Shown here: positions 1-11,915 of the stretch, one piece after another
Layout of the letters: the number at the start of each line of letters is the position of its first letter
Numbering within the stretch: the stretch's first letter is position 1
Position numbers and translations under genes: made by a program
Assembly (NCBI RefSeq): GCF_006345805.1
Contig: NW_021829604.1
Coordinates: 1-32,221 of the forward strand
DNA: 32,221 bases
Direction of reading: 5' to 3'
DNA from: Octopus sinensis
Taxonomy: Eukaryota
Notes under the pieces: model-generated
What the model was told of the DNA's origin: nothing
The model's input: the letters and a program-made list of their open reading frames with translations, nothing else
The model's database searches: none

Positions 1-394
1 AGCAACTTAAAGAGATTGCAAACATAAACAAATGCACAGACACCTATGCGCACACATTATCATTCACTTCCAATATCACACATCCTTCATATCACCCATG
101 TCACTGTCACTTGTGTCCCTACTGCCATGCCCCTATCACCCCCACCTCTATCTTTCATCTCTCAATCACTCTTCTTTTTACTCTACTATCTTACTGCTGT
201 GACAAAGATTGGCAGTAAATCTCTTCTCTTCACCATTCTTCCAATGAAACTAGGGATGTTACTGGACCTACCTGAGTCTCTCCCCAACACTCAGCCACTC
301 CTTTTCATATATTTATTACCCTAGATCTCTCACACATCCCAAGATATATGTCAAACCCAGAGATTGAGGGGAAACTTTAGTTTCGACAAGGACA

Positions 395-575
395 TGGCGG
401 TCGTCTCTAGTGATGGTGCCATAAGATGCACCTAGTGCACATTGTGCAGTGGTTGGTGTCAGGAAGAGCATCCAGCTGTGGAAAGATAACCAGAAAATGT
501 AAATTCAGGCAAGATATTCTTGGAACCATCCAACCCATTCTAGCATGGAAAGTGGGGGTAAAATGATGATCATCA
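395..575 (+). mobile_element. Degraded 3' end of an RTE-type LINE/SINE-tail repeat
   Basis: GGAAGAGCATCCAGCTGTGGAAA...CCATCCAACCCATTCTAGCATGGAAAGTGG...ATGATGATC is a diverged copy of the younger element at 26863-27112, which ends in (GAT)n. Confidence 0.6.
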
Positions 576-1869
576 TACATACATACAGATGTATGGATGT
601 ATAAATATACATATGTGCATCCTTGTCTATATATTATACACATTCATTCATATATATGTATGCATGTGTATATAAATACATCTACAATTAGATTAAAGTC
701 TAATTATTATGAGGGGTTTTGTAGGTTTTTCTTCCCCAAAATAAACCAAGTAGAATGGCACAAATGAAATGTAAACATTAATTCCAATTTAATTTTACAA
801 TAGAAATATTTGCAATTATCTGCTTTTCTCTTTATAAACTTTGTTGTCAACAACAACAGCAATAACAACAATATTCTTATCCAGCTTTTCTCCAATATTT
901 TCTAATCCACCTCATTAAACCCCCAATACTTCATAATAAACTACACCAAGTTATAACTCCTCACCGCACACAAAACAAAACACGCTTCACCTGCCAAACC
1001 CCTTTTTCATACAAACACATCTTTCTCATTGCTACCCAAACATTGTCCCTTATATTAAAGATAATTAAGATGAACCTACCTTCCATTAATTGGGCTTATT
1101 CATTAACCAATCTTTATTAATCTCAATCAGCAACAAATAATAACGATCCTCTCAACATGCTGTCTATCAGTGTGATTATATGAAAGCCCATCTTTGGATA
1201 AGCTTTCCGAGTTAATCAATGTTGTGTATGATAATTGTGTGGATTATATTGAAATGTCGAGAGATTTACAGCATTTATCAGGTTAAGAACAGTTTCATCT
1301 CCAGCTTTATTGGTATCTGTTAATCCAGGTAAATATGATGGAAACCAAGCCAACCATGACTGTCCCATCATTAGTAATACTTGTATCTGACAAATGTCTA
1401 TGAAACATAATAAATCTATGTTTTGCTAATTGTTCCATGTTAACGAAGTTTGAATATGATTGCTGTGTGTTGGGACATAATATAGCATGTACACCAATTA
1501 AAGTTAATTTTCTCTACAGCTTAGAGTGTCTCGTATAGAGTGCTTTTAGAGCAGGGGAATCTCTTTGACTAATTATCGTTAAATAAATCTAAGCCACACA
1601 TGACTTTTCTTTGTGATGTTGAGAGCAAATATCATTTCCAGTGAAAATTATTTCTATAATATTTCGACTCCATGTAATTAATGAAACTTGTCAATACATC
1701 TTAGAATAGATTGTAATAAGTTGTTTAAATATTAATTAGACAAGATTAATTCACTGACAGAAATACATAAATGTTTTGTTTGTGTTTTTCAAATGATGAA
1801 GCAAACATCATCTCCCTGAAACTTTAATATTTTCACAAAGCTAAATGTTTTCCTTATATTTCTTTACAG

Positions 1870-4800
1870 ATTCACTATGGAAGACCAGACTGAAAATACT
1901 AGGGTTAGTTCAGAGAGAGAATCAGCAGTGAAGGCCATATCTGGAGACAAAGAAAGCACAAAAGAAACTGAAAAACAAATAGTTGCTAAAATACAGAGGA
2001 TTCGTCTTCAATATGATCGCTGCATGATGTTTATGGAGCATATAGTTAAGGAGAGCAAACATTATGAAAGTCTGGGGTTAAGTGCCAATTGTATTTTAGA
2101 AAAGGTCAAAGAGAGACTTGGAATTTTGCTGAAATATACTAAAGAACAGAATATTTCTATTGAGCAGGACCTCGAATGGTTTCAACAAAGACTCTTTGAC
2201 ATTTATGTCACCAGCAATCCATACAGATGGAAGACCATTCAGATACCAAAAATAACCAAAAATAAATTTCGGCCTCTTCAGCCTGTTGTGACTAGAGAAG
2301 CAAATATCAAGGAATCTGGAGAAGAATTTGAAGAAATCCCAATAATATCCAATATTGTCATCATAGAGGAGGGAGTGATGACATATTCCCACCATTGCAA
2401 GATAATAAGTTTAGTAACAAGAGACAGTGACAGAATTGATGTCCATTGTCCATCTTCTGTGACCAGTTTCACAAGAATCAGTGAAGACATGGTTCTGGCA
2501 ACCCTCCCCCTTCCAAGAAATGATTCTTATTATCAGCCCCAAAACCTTCAAGATCAAAAGGATAAAGTTTGGGTTATATATGGTGAGTTACTTGGAAGAT
2601 TCTACACTTATAGGTGTAGAAATGTTTGGTAAAACAGTTTACCAATTTGATTGGGAGGATAACACTATTAACTATCAATTTATTACCAAAGAAACCCCAA
2701 CAGATATTGCTGTAGGGGTCCAGAATATACTTGTAATTACATTCGCCAGCATCAACAGAGTAATCTGTTACAAACTGGATGGCCAACAATTATGGGAGGT
2801 AGAGACCCATTCTCTGCACCTCCCAAGTAAAATCTCTCTGTACCAAAATTATTTCTATGTCCTCCAGGGACAAATAATTTATAGGATTTCAGCTAAAGGT
2901 GGTGTAACAAGGAGGGACATAGGCAGGAAATGCCGCTCTATTTCTGTTGGTAAAGATACCATTTTGGTTACAGATTATTGCGGCAAACCACATGGTATTC
3001 AAATGAATAAAGACTTTTGGCCCAAACTCTCATACAACCACCAGCTACATACCCCCAGTTTAAAAGACTATATTGATATTGAGGATTGCTACAACATTAC
3101 AAATATTCTACCTATGTCTACATCTTCTATATTAATAATTTACAAAAACAAGAAAGCTAAATTATTCACTGATAATGGGGAAAATTAACCAAAATAATTC
3201 AGTTTCCTTGAGCTTCCTTCTTTCTGTTGTAGAATAAACGCAAACAGATTCCTGGTATTTTATTGTGAAATGAAAGGGTTTCAGTATATCACCTGTCCTG
3301 AACTAAGAAAAGGCCCTTTAATGAAAGTCCATACTGATTACATGAAAATATGTCATATTGTATCAAATAAGTGTCTGGCTGTGACCACCACTGAAAACAA
3401 AAGCGAGGTCCATATCCTCTTGATCAACAAAGATAAAGTTGACATTATAGAAAGAATTTCTCTGGGACATTATGATGTCAGCATTGCTGCAACTCCAATT
3501 AATTTTGTAGTCGTAGATGGAAACGAAAATAAAATGGTATTTTATTCCACATGTGGTGAAGAACTTTTTCAAAAATACCTTCCATTCTATGGCTACCCTC
3601 ATCACATCTACTCTGATAATGTTTATTTCTATGTCCTCTTCAGGAGACACTCTATTCTCAGATGTTACGATCTATATGGACAAATGAAATGGCAGTGGGA
3701 ACTGCCTTTCCCTGTTCACCCTCACATTGCTGTTTTCCAAGGAACTCTTTATGTCCCGGACACTCAACTCAACAGGGTTCTTCTTTACAAGTATCAAGAC
3801 CGTCTTCTGGCTGTTGTTTACCCACCAAAAATCCTTATATCAGAAATCTAAATCTACGACTCAAAGAAAAGGAGAATGACCAAAAACTTGTCATTGGTGA
3901 AATATGTAATCTGTCCAATGGACAGTTGGTGGTGTCTGACATCAAGCATGATTGCTTGTTGTACATTTCTGAGGAAGGAGACATTGTGTCCAGATTATCT
4001 CTGCCATCTACAGCCACAGATATATGTCGATGGGATTCTGATCATATAGGGGTCACATTACCCCTACAGAAACAATTAAGGGTCATCGGAAACCTATCAA
4101 AGACAGTGAGAAGTGTATCATTAAGGCAGCCTTATGTACGGATGTGTAAGATGGGTGAAGTGAAATTATTGTGATAAACCATCACATTTAGACATTTTAG
4201 CCATCAATTATTATAATCAAATTGAAGTAATTAAGACAATTAATATCCCTGTTTTTGTAAAATCATTATCAATAGACAAGAAAACAGAAAAGCTATTAAT
4301 TGTTACTAGGGGAAAACTTTTCAGTACAACACTAGAATAGGTGGTGGTGGTCATGGCGGTCGTCAGATGGTCCCCAGTGTTTTAATGTCTCAAGTGAAAC
4401 GTCCCCTCAGTCTCCAAGGTGGATCTATTGACCAAACGTCTGTTTATCTGATAGACAGAAACCGTATGTTTGCCATAAACGATCAGAATTTGTTGGTTAA
4501 TGATCTCGTTACTAATAATCAACTTAATTATTATATCGACCTGGTGGATGTATTTTCCAGACACATTTCTCTCAGTGAAATGTTGTCTTCCATTTTATAT
4601 CTTCAGGACCTGACAGTTTCTGATAAAGCCAGACATATTCCTCTTCCTGAACATTTGGGAGACAAAGAACCAGCGGAGATTAATCATTTGGTTCTTACAG
4701 AAAATAATCTGATTGCAGGATGTGACTGGGAGAATGGAAACATTAAGATATTCACATTGGATGGTCACCTATTGGATTCAATCAAAGTGAATGTTTATGG

Positions 4801-7162
4801 AGATATTAAAATGTGTCGATGGCAGTCAAACACATTGGTCATTACGATGAGGGATGCTGAAGATGAAAAATACCAACTGTTGACATTAAAAGTGGAATTT
4901 CCATTGTCGTTGGTAATTTACCAAACGAGAAATAAATATAATTGTGTGGCTTCTTTATCAAACAATCAACTGGTTTTTAGTGAACGGAGACATGTAAGAC
5001 ATTTGCATTTTGTTGATATTGATGAAATACATTCGAGTGTGAAGGAAATAAAAAAAATAGACATACCTGAACCATTAATATGGAGAACAGAAGATGGAAA
5101 TTATCCTGATACAATCCGGGATATTAAAGTTACTGATGAAGATGTCATCATTGTCTTCAACTGGAGATTCGTCATTTTCTTCAACAGTGGTGGTCAATAT
5201 TTACATTCAGTCAGACACTACATGGAGTATTATTTTAATGATGATGACAGGATGACAATTGATGACAGTTTTTTGTACATTTATGGTGAGTGGGAGAAAT
5301 GTTTACGTTCATCTGAATATCCAAACATTTTGTGTTTGACCCAGAATGGGGAATACAAGAGAATATTTTTAAATAAAAGAATTTACAAAGGTGGAGTATA
5401 TTTCTCCAGTATAGACTGTAAAGGACCAAGGTTTGTTGGAAGCCCAAATGGAGAAGAGAGAATGAATTGTATGTTGAAGGGTTGTTTATGGTGAATCGAG
5501 ACAGCTTCCCGGTTGCTCGTTTACAAACAGACGAATGTCCTGTTCAAGTAAAAGATTTTGATGTCTCTGAGGAAGGAAAGACAGTGGTGTGTGAAAAAGC
5601 CAATAATGGAAATGTTAAAATATTCGATGAAGACGGCCAGTTGCTATGTCACAGAAATGTTGCAAGTTTAGTTGGTGGGTGTGGTTTAACACAAGAATCA
5701 CACATAATGGCCACGGTTCCTAAAAGGAAAGAAATATTTCAACTGAATGGAGAAGATTTGCAGACATCTCAAATTTGGTCAGTCTCATCCCTTATGGTGT
5801 AATAGGGAAAAGTGGTGGGTATTTACTGGTGTGTACATAATGAATTGATTGAATGTCATTGCATAAAGATTGATGGGGACCAAGTGAACATTCTGGAATC
5901 TGTGTCGTTATTAAACCTTGATTCTGGTCTTCGTTTCCCTTCCATTACATCTGAAACAATAAGGAAATTTCAGTAATGAATTAATTAATAAATTGGAATA
6001 CAGAGGAGGAGATGGAGATGGAGGAGGAAGAGAAGAGGTAAATCAGGTGAAATATTGGCAAAGGTAGATTAAAGGTGAGATGTGGTAATTACATAGCGGA
6101 GATTAATAATTCAGGAATTGATGAAATATCAGTGAGGAGACTTCCATATAGGACAGCAATGGTCCCTTTTTCCATTCCTGCATTCGGGGAACTGTTGATT
6201 ATGATTTGAGGGACATTAGGGACCGGAACAGTAAACTAATTAAGTTAGATGAGAATGTGAGTGTGTTGATGTTTCGAGAAAGTGTCACATTAATCAGAAC
6301 AACAACAACAACAGTGGACATACTTCAACATAAACAACAACAACGACCACCACTGGACATATGTCGGTGGACAGAGGAATGTTCATTGTTGCCTTTGGGA
6401 GAGAAATGAGGGTCTTCAACAGGGATCTCCGTCGTTTAAAACCATCAGAACTGAGAAATACTACAACAGGATTATAAATACAACGACAATCAACTCGTGT
6501 GTGGTGGTCATTATATTAGAGACATAACTCAAGAAGAGAGAGACGAGAAATACGAAAGAAGAAGGTACAACAACAAGGATTACTATTATTGCAAAGACCC
6601 CGACATCTTTGACCCTTATTATGTGGATGTGGTTGATATCAAAGATGGGAAATGTAAAGATGAATTGTGTCGTGGGGAGATGAGGAGATGTGGAAGGTTG
6701 GAGGGACATGAAGGGGTGGAAGATGTGGGAGTCACATCTTTTGGTGATGTTGTTGTTTTGAGGAGGGAGGTGAAGAATAAGAAGGGGTCTGGATGGGATG
6801 TTTTGAGTTTTGTGGAATGGTTCAGGGAAAAGTCTTTGGTGAGGAGGATAGGAATAAAAGAAAGAAGGTTTTATGATCTGAGATATTATATTCTAAGACC
6901 TCGTCTGACCATAATTGGTGAATGTGTTTATATAACAGATTCAAGAAACAATATTTACGAAATACCTCGGCATATTGAAGAGGAAACATCTGAAGATGAT
7001 GAAATCCTGAGATTAAAAGTTAATCCAAAATATTTACTCCTCAGAGGGGATGATAATGAAGTCTTTGAAGTTCTTGGTTTGGATGTTTCAGACAATTCTT
7101 TGATGGTTTTTGGAATTATTCCTGGACGTCAATCTTTTGCTTTCTTTTATTTTGACAAATAA
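1870..7162 (+). CDS. Large single-exon protein (~1,760 aa once reframed): N-terminal helical/coiled-coil segment plus ~6 tandem NHL/YWTD-like beta-propeller domains (TRIM-NHL-like C-terminal module); interrupted by ~16 frameshifts in this assembly
   Basis: Splice acceptor TTTCCTTATATTTCTTTACAG ends at 1869 and the frame is open into the ATG at 1877. ORFs 1877-2632, 2481-3188, 3270-3851, 3662-4174, 4367-5494, 5467-5802, 6206-6409 and 6497-7162, plus unlisted bridging frames, join by +/-1 shifts into one continuous beta-strand-rich sequence. Recurrent blade motifs: TPTDIAVG, ATDICRWDSDHIGVTLP, KMCRWQSNTLVIT, LDICRWTEECFIVAF, NGNIKIFTLDG/NGNVKIFDEDG. Stop TAA at 7160-7162. Family assignment is by eye. 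Confidence 0.75.
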
Positions 7163-7163
7163 A
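7158..7163 (+). promoter_or_regulatory. Candidate polyadenylation signal AATAAA overlapping the stop codon
   Basis: AATAAA at 7158-7163; ATTAAA follows ~15 nt downstream, then U-rich sequence. AT-rich context makes chance occurrence possible. Confidence 0.35.
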
Positions 7164-7309
7164 TATTTCCAGAAATATTAAATTTCAATCTTCTTCTTCT
7201 TCTTCTTATTGTTGTTGTTGTTGTAAATGGCTTCACCCGGGAATCGAACCTGCATCGCATACATTGCATTCTATGCACTAACACTTATTGTTGTAACATT
7301 CCTCAACAC

Positions 7310-7422
7310 ACTTTCTTTGTGTGTGTGTGTATATTTATATACAGTATACGTACATGTGTTTATATATATTACACACATTTTAGGAATGTATGTATAGAAA
7401 TAAGGTTATAAGTATGTATGTT

Positions 7423-7483
<61 letters not shown>

Positions 7484-7485
7484 GC
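7310..7485. repeat. (TG)n/(TA)n microsatellite region
   Basis: Direct reading; long pure (TA)n at ~7433-7481. Confidence 0.9.
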
Positions 7486-7559
7486 ATAGGCATGTATGTA
7501 TAGGAATGTCTGGTCCGAAACCAGAGACTTTCATAATCATTGATTCTCCATTAAAAGGC

Positions 7560-7665
7560 AGACGACCACCGCCACCACCACCACCACCACCACCACCACC
7601 ACCGCCGCCGTCGCCTCCACCATCACCATCGTCATCATCCTCATCATCGTCATCGTCGTCATCAG
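7560..7665. repeat. (CCA)n/(TCA)n/(TCG)n compound trinucleotide repeat
   Basis: Direct reading. Confidence 0.9.
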
Positions 7666-7834
7666 CGTTGTGTGTGCGTGTGTGCAGTCTGCATCTGACA
7701 GTTTTTAACGTTTAATAAGAATAGATTGTTGTTGTTGTTGTTGCAGTGACATTCCAACTGCACACACGCACAAACATTGCCTTTCGTCCTCGTAGGGTTG
7801 TTGTTGTTGTTGTTGCTGTTGGGGGTTCATAAAA

Positions 7835-8200
7835 AAAGAGAAGGACACTTTAAGAAGCATTCAGTAAAAGCTTTCCCATAGCTGGTCATTTTTCATGCTA
7901 GAAATAGAAACCACTTTATTTTTCATATAAATTTTGAAGGACAGCTAAGATTCTTTTATAAATAAAATTGGCCAGTATAAGGTCTCATTTCATGCTAGAA
8001 AGAGCCACCTAAACCTTCACATTTCTATTTCATCACAAATAAAAATCGAAGGACAATTTTCAAAGCATCCATGTCAAATATTGTCCTATAGATGGCCTAA
8101 CATCATACTAGAAATTATAGCCAAATACTCTGAAATGTATATCGTTTTTCATCGAAAAAGTGAAGGACACTTTAAGAAGCAACTCTAAAGATATTGTCCT
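7835..8200. repeat. Degenerate ~100-110 bp tandem repeat (about 4 units)
   Basis: GAAGGACA at ~7840, 7937, 8049 and 8163, each but the last followed by CAT(G/A)CTAGAAA at ~7894, 7991 and 8104. Confidence 0.55.
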
Positions 8201-8339
8201 GTGGCGGTTTAAGTGTAAAATATTATAAAAGTATGCATCTATGAGTTTTATGTGTTTAAAAAACATAGCAAAGACATGTGTGTATATGTAGGTATATATA
8301 AATATACATGTGTATAAATGTTCCTTGATGATGTCTATG

Positions 8340-8935
8340 CTTCTTCCCTAATAACTTGCAGAGAAATGGATATTTTTCATGGAATTTCCTACAAATATGC
8401 TTCAGATGGTGTAGATTCCGATTCTGTGAGGATTTATTGGAAAAACTTATTTTCTTTCATAACAAAGGCGAATCTTGTGAATTTTCTAAAACTGCTTTTC
8501 TCACCCAGGGACAAACGGTTTTCACAATGAATTCCGATTTAATCGGAATCTAAACCATCTGAAGAATATTTGTAGAAAATTTCATTAAAAAATATTTAAT
8601 TTTGCGAAAGTTGTGAGGAAGCAAATTCGGCATAACTACAGATATATACCCCACCGACTTTGTTTCCTCATAACTTGCAGAAAAATGGATACTTTTTGAA
8701 TGAAACTTTCAATAAATAATCGCTTAGATCCTGTAGATTGAGTTTTTGTAAGGATTTGTTGGAAAAACATTTTTTGAAGGGTTGCGGAAAGGAGTTTTGC
8801 AAAATTCACACAACCAGACATTTTCCCTCCTCATAAATTTCAGGAAAATGGGTATTTTTGAATGAAATTTTATAGAAATAACTTTCAAACGATGTAGATT
8901 ACGATTAAAAAGAAATTTGTTGGCAAAATGTTTTA
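8340..8935. repeat. Degenerate direct and inverted ~100-bp repeats (foldback/MITE-like remnant)
   Basis: Unit CCTCATAACTTGCAGAAAAATGGATATTTTTGAATGAAA...GTAGATT at ~8347, 8666 and 8829; an inverted copy at ~8540-8622. Confidence 0.55.
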
Positions 8936-9769
8936 TAAGGGTTCGAGGGAAAATGTGTGTGATTTAAGGGAGATTTGGCTGTTGTTTCTAGCACACCACC
9001 ATCCTTGTCTTCTTTTTTTCTCATTCAATGTTTTGATGTTTTTCAATATTTTTCACTCAGAAACACATTTATGTTATAAAAAAATAAAAAGAATATTTTA
9101 AAAATCTCTGATTATTTTTAGCCCCACTTCCTGGTCCCCGAATCTTCCTCCAAACCTAATTCAGAAACGCGCGTCCATGGACGACCAGATATTGATTGAT
9201 TTTCGTTGCTTTACTCCCTGCTTGTGTGAATTGTCTTCAAGTATTTTGGTTTCTCTGGGAGACCCTTTTTAAAGTAGAAGAAATAATTAAGATTTTTGGC
9301 TGCTATTTCTAAACTTCGGTGTGTGGTGAAGCAAATCTTTGCTGAACCCTTTTATTAGTAAATACTGTATCCTTAGATGAACATTTCCGTAATGTAACAC
9401 TAAAATTTTCTAGTCTTATAAAATATCGACTGAGAATACGACACAGTTCAACATAACAGTATATTTAAGAAGCAGGTCTTGCGACTTTTTAATGACGTAA
9501 ATGTGTAAGTAAATTGTCTGTTAATTAAAATGATTGTAACAAAGATATTTACCAGAGTTGATAGACAAGGTTTCAATTACAGCCTGAAGTCTCTTTGTCT
9601 CAGGAATATCATGTGAGTTTGTTGAAGGTGCGGCAAAGAGCGTGACTTCTGCAACTGGTGATGTAAAGCTTATTCACAAAGCAGGACCTAGTTTCTACAT
9701 AAGTGGACGATACATTGTCAGATGTCCGTATGTGTGTGTGTGTGTGTAGCGGTGTTTAAATGTGTATAA

Positions 9770-10197
9770 GGCGGCGAGCTGGCAGAAACGTTAGCACGCC
9801 AGGCGAAATGCGTAGCCGTATTTCGTTTGCCGTTGCGTTCTGAGTTCAAATTCCGCCGAGGTCGACTTTGCCTTTCATCCTTTCGGGGTCGATAAATTAA
9901 GTACCAGTTACGCACTGGGGTCGATGTAATCGACTTAATCCGTTTGTCTGTCCTTGTTTGTCCCCTCTGTGTTTAGCCCCTTGTGGGTAGTAAAGAAATA
10001 GGTATTTCGTCTGCTGTTGCGTTCTGAGTTCAAATTCCGCAGAGGTCGACTTTGCCTTTCATCCTTTCGGGATCGATAAATTAAGTACCAGTTACGCACT
10101 GGGGTCGATGTAATCGACTTAATCCGTTTGTCTGCCCTTGTTTGTCCCCTCTGTGTTTGTCCCCTCTGTGTTTAGCCCCTTGTGGGTAATAAAGAAA
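9770..10197 (+). mobile_element. tRNA-derived SINE (family A), dimeric
   Basis: Head GGCGGCGAGCTGGCAGAAACGTTAG with A-box-like TGGCAGAAACG and B-box-like GAGTTCAAATTCC; second unit joined at AAAGAAATAG|GTATTTCGTC (10001/10002). Confidence 0.9.
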
Positions 10198-10977
10198 CGG
10201 ATTAGACAAGGAAAGCTTGCCAGGACAGAAGGATAACTAGTGAAGTAGTGAAGGTAATTGAACTTGAATCCGGTTATAAATAACCGAGAATACTTGGGGC
10301 AGATGGAATTAAACACAACGATAGGAAAGAAAAGACAAAGAAAGTGTACCTGCGGCGAGAGAGAAAAATATTGGCTTTTGTGTCAGAACCATAATTTCAA
10401 CAATAAACTCGCACGCAGTCGCAGTAGTTCGGTATGGCGCTGGGATCCTGAAGTGGACAGAGGAGGAGTTAAACGTGTTGGACAAAAAGACGAGAAAGCG
10501 CTTAATGATGCATGGAGTCCACCATCCATGTGCAGACACTGATTCCATATACATGAAGAGAGAAAATGGAGGAAAGGGACTGATAAGTGTGGAAGACTTG
10601 CGTGTGTATCGAACTCGATACCTATTCCAGTGTAAGGAACCCTTGCAAGTGTCCGTTAGGGATGAAGGAGTATTGAGGGCAGAGAAAAAAGGGGGAAAAA
10701 CAAGGGAATAAGTACAAAAAGAACATGAAGAAGCATTAGTCTAAAAGGGACTACATGATCAATTCCATGTAGCTACATGTTAAGTTGCTGGAAAACATGG
10801 GTGGGATTGGCTGGAGAAATTAACTCTAAAAAAGGAACTGGGAGCGCAAGACCAAGCTTTGGCCATGAATTGGAGGTTCAGGCTTAGAATTGGGCAAATG
10901 TCTGGGCCGCATCTGTAACAGAGGGGACGAAACCATTGCCCATATTGCAAACGAATGCCTTAGACTTGCTCAAAACC
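10198..10977 (+). mobile_element. R4/Dong-clade (RLE) non-LTR retrotransposon, RT thumb to CCHC region, degraded and 5'-truncated
   Basis: Translates to AVAVVRYGAGILKWTEEELNVLDKKTRKRLMMHGVHHPCADTDSIYMKRENGGKGLISVED...DETIAHIANECLRLAQN, typical of R4/Dong ORF; multiple frameshifts. Confidence 0.85.
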
Positions 10978-11575
10978 TATTTCTTTCCTACCCACAAGGG
11001 GCTAAACACAGAGGGGACAAATAAGGACAGACATAGGTATTAAGTCGATTACATCTACCCCAGTGCATAACTGGTACTTAATTTATCGACCCCGAAAGGA
11101 TGAAAGGCAAAGTCGACCTCGGCGGAATTTGAACTCAGAACGTAACGGCAGACGAAATACCTATTTCTTTATTACCCACAAGGGGCTAAACATAGAGGGG
11201 AAAAACAAGGACAGACAAAGGGATTAAGTCGATTATATCGACCCCAGTGCATAACTGGTACTTAATTTATCGACCCCGAAAGGATGAAAAGCAAAGTCGA
11301 CCTCGGTGGAATTTGAACTCAGAACGTAACGGCAGACGAAATACCTATTTCTTTATTACCCACATGAGGCTAAACATAGAGGGGAAAAACAAGGACAGAC
11401 ATAGGTATTAGTCGATTAGATCGACCCCAGTGCGTAACTGGTACTTAATTTATCGACCCCGAAAGGATGAAAGGCAAAGTCGACCTCGGTGGAATTTGAA
11501 CTCAGAACGTAACGGCAGACGAAATACTGCAAAGCATTTCGTCCAGCGTGCTAACGTTTCTGCCAGCTCGCCGCC
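10978..11575 (-). mobile_element. SINE family A trimer inserted into the R4/Dong element
   Basis: Three units on the minus strand, head at 11575; 18-bp TSD TTAGACTTGCTCAAAACC at 10960-10977 and 11576-11593. Confidence 0.9.
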
Positions 11576-11791
11576 TTAGACTTGCTCAAAACCACCACAT
11601 GTGACGACGCGGTGAGGTAGCGAAAGTGCTACACTGGAAACTGCGAAATGTGGGGTCTAGATACGGGGCAGACGTGGGATGAACTGAAACAGGAAAAAGT
11701 GGTGGAGCCAAACACTTTGCAAACTCCCCTGGCATTTCCGAATCCAAATAGATCAGGTGCATAACAGACTGGATGTAGTGATGGTGGATAA

Positions 11792-11912
11792 GCTTACGGT
11801 CATATCACGTTGAAAGCACCGGTTCTCGTCCGATCACCCAAGTTAGGCAACATCGAACCTAGCTAGTACTTAGATGGGGGACTGCTTGGGAAACCTAGGT
11901 GCTGTAAGCATT
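11792..11912 (+). rRNA. RNA5S: Full-length 5S rRNA retro-copy (probable pseudogene) fused to a SINE
   Basis: GCTTACGGTCATATCACGTTGAAAGCACCGGTTCTCGTCCGATCACCCAAGTTAGGCAACATCGAACCTAGCTAGTACTTAGATGGGGGACTGCTTGGGAAACCTAGGTGCTGTAAGCATT; ~120 nt, mollusc-type 5S sequence, 5' and 3' ends form helix I (GCUUACGGU/GCUGUAAGC). No T-run terminator follows. Confidence 0.92.
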
Positions 11913-11915
11913 GAA

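Noticed and set aside
707-895. Minus-strand ORF with a hydrophobic run and HSTWFILG, loosely like an ionotropic receptor M1-M2 region
   Set aside because: The Leu run comes from a (TTG)n repeat, flanking frames are full of stops, and there is no SYTANL-like M3 motif or splice support.
1160-1520. Coding-looking stretches (ESPSLDKLSELINVVYDNC...) as possible upstream exons of the propeller gene
   Set aside because: Interrupted by stops; the best donor (1328/1329) has an in-frame stop for the phase needed at 1870; no recognisable domain.
2500-6480. Programmed ribosomal frameshifting as the explanation for the broken propeller gene
   Set aside because: About 16 shifts of both signs with no recurring X XXY YYZ slippery site or evident downstream structure; the compounded efficiency would be negligible.
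7225-7285. tRNA-like B-box (GGTTCGATTCCCGG on the minus strand)
   Set aside because: Only the T-arm is recognisable; no cloverleaf. At best a decayed tRNA/SINE head, not a tRNA gene.
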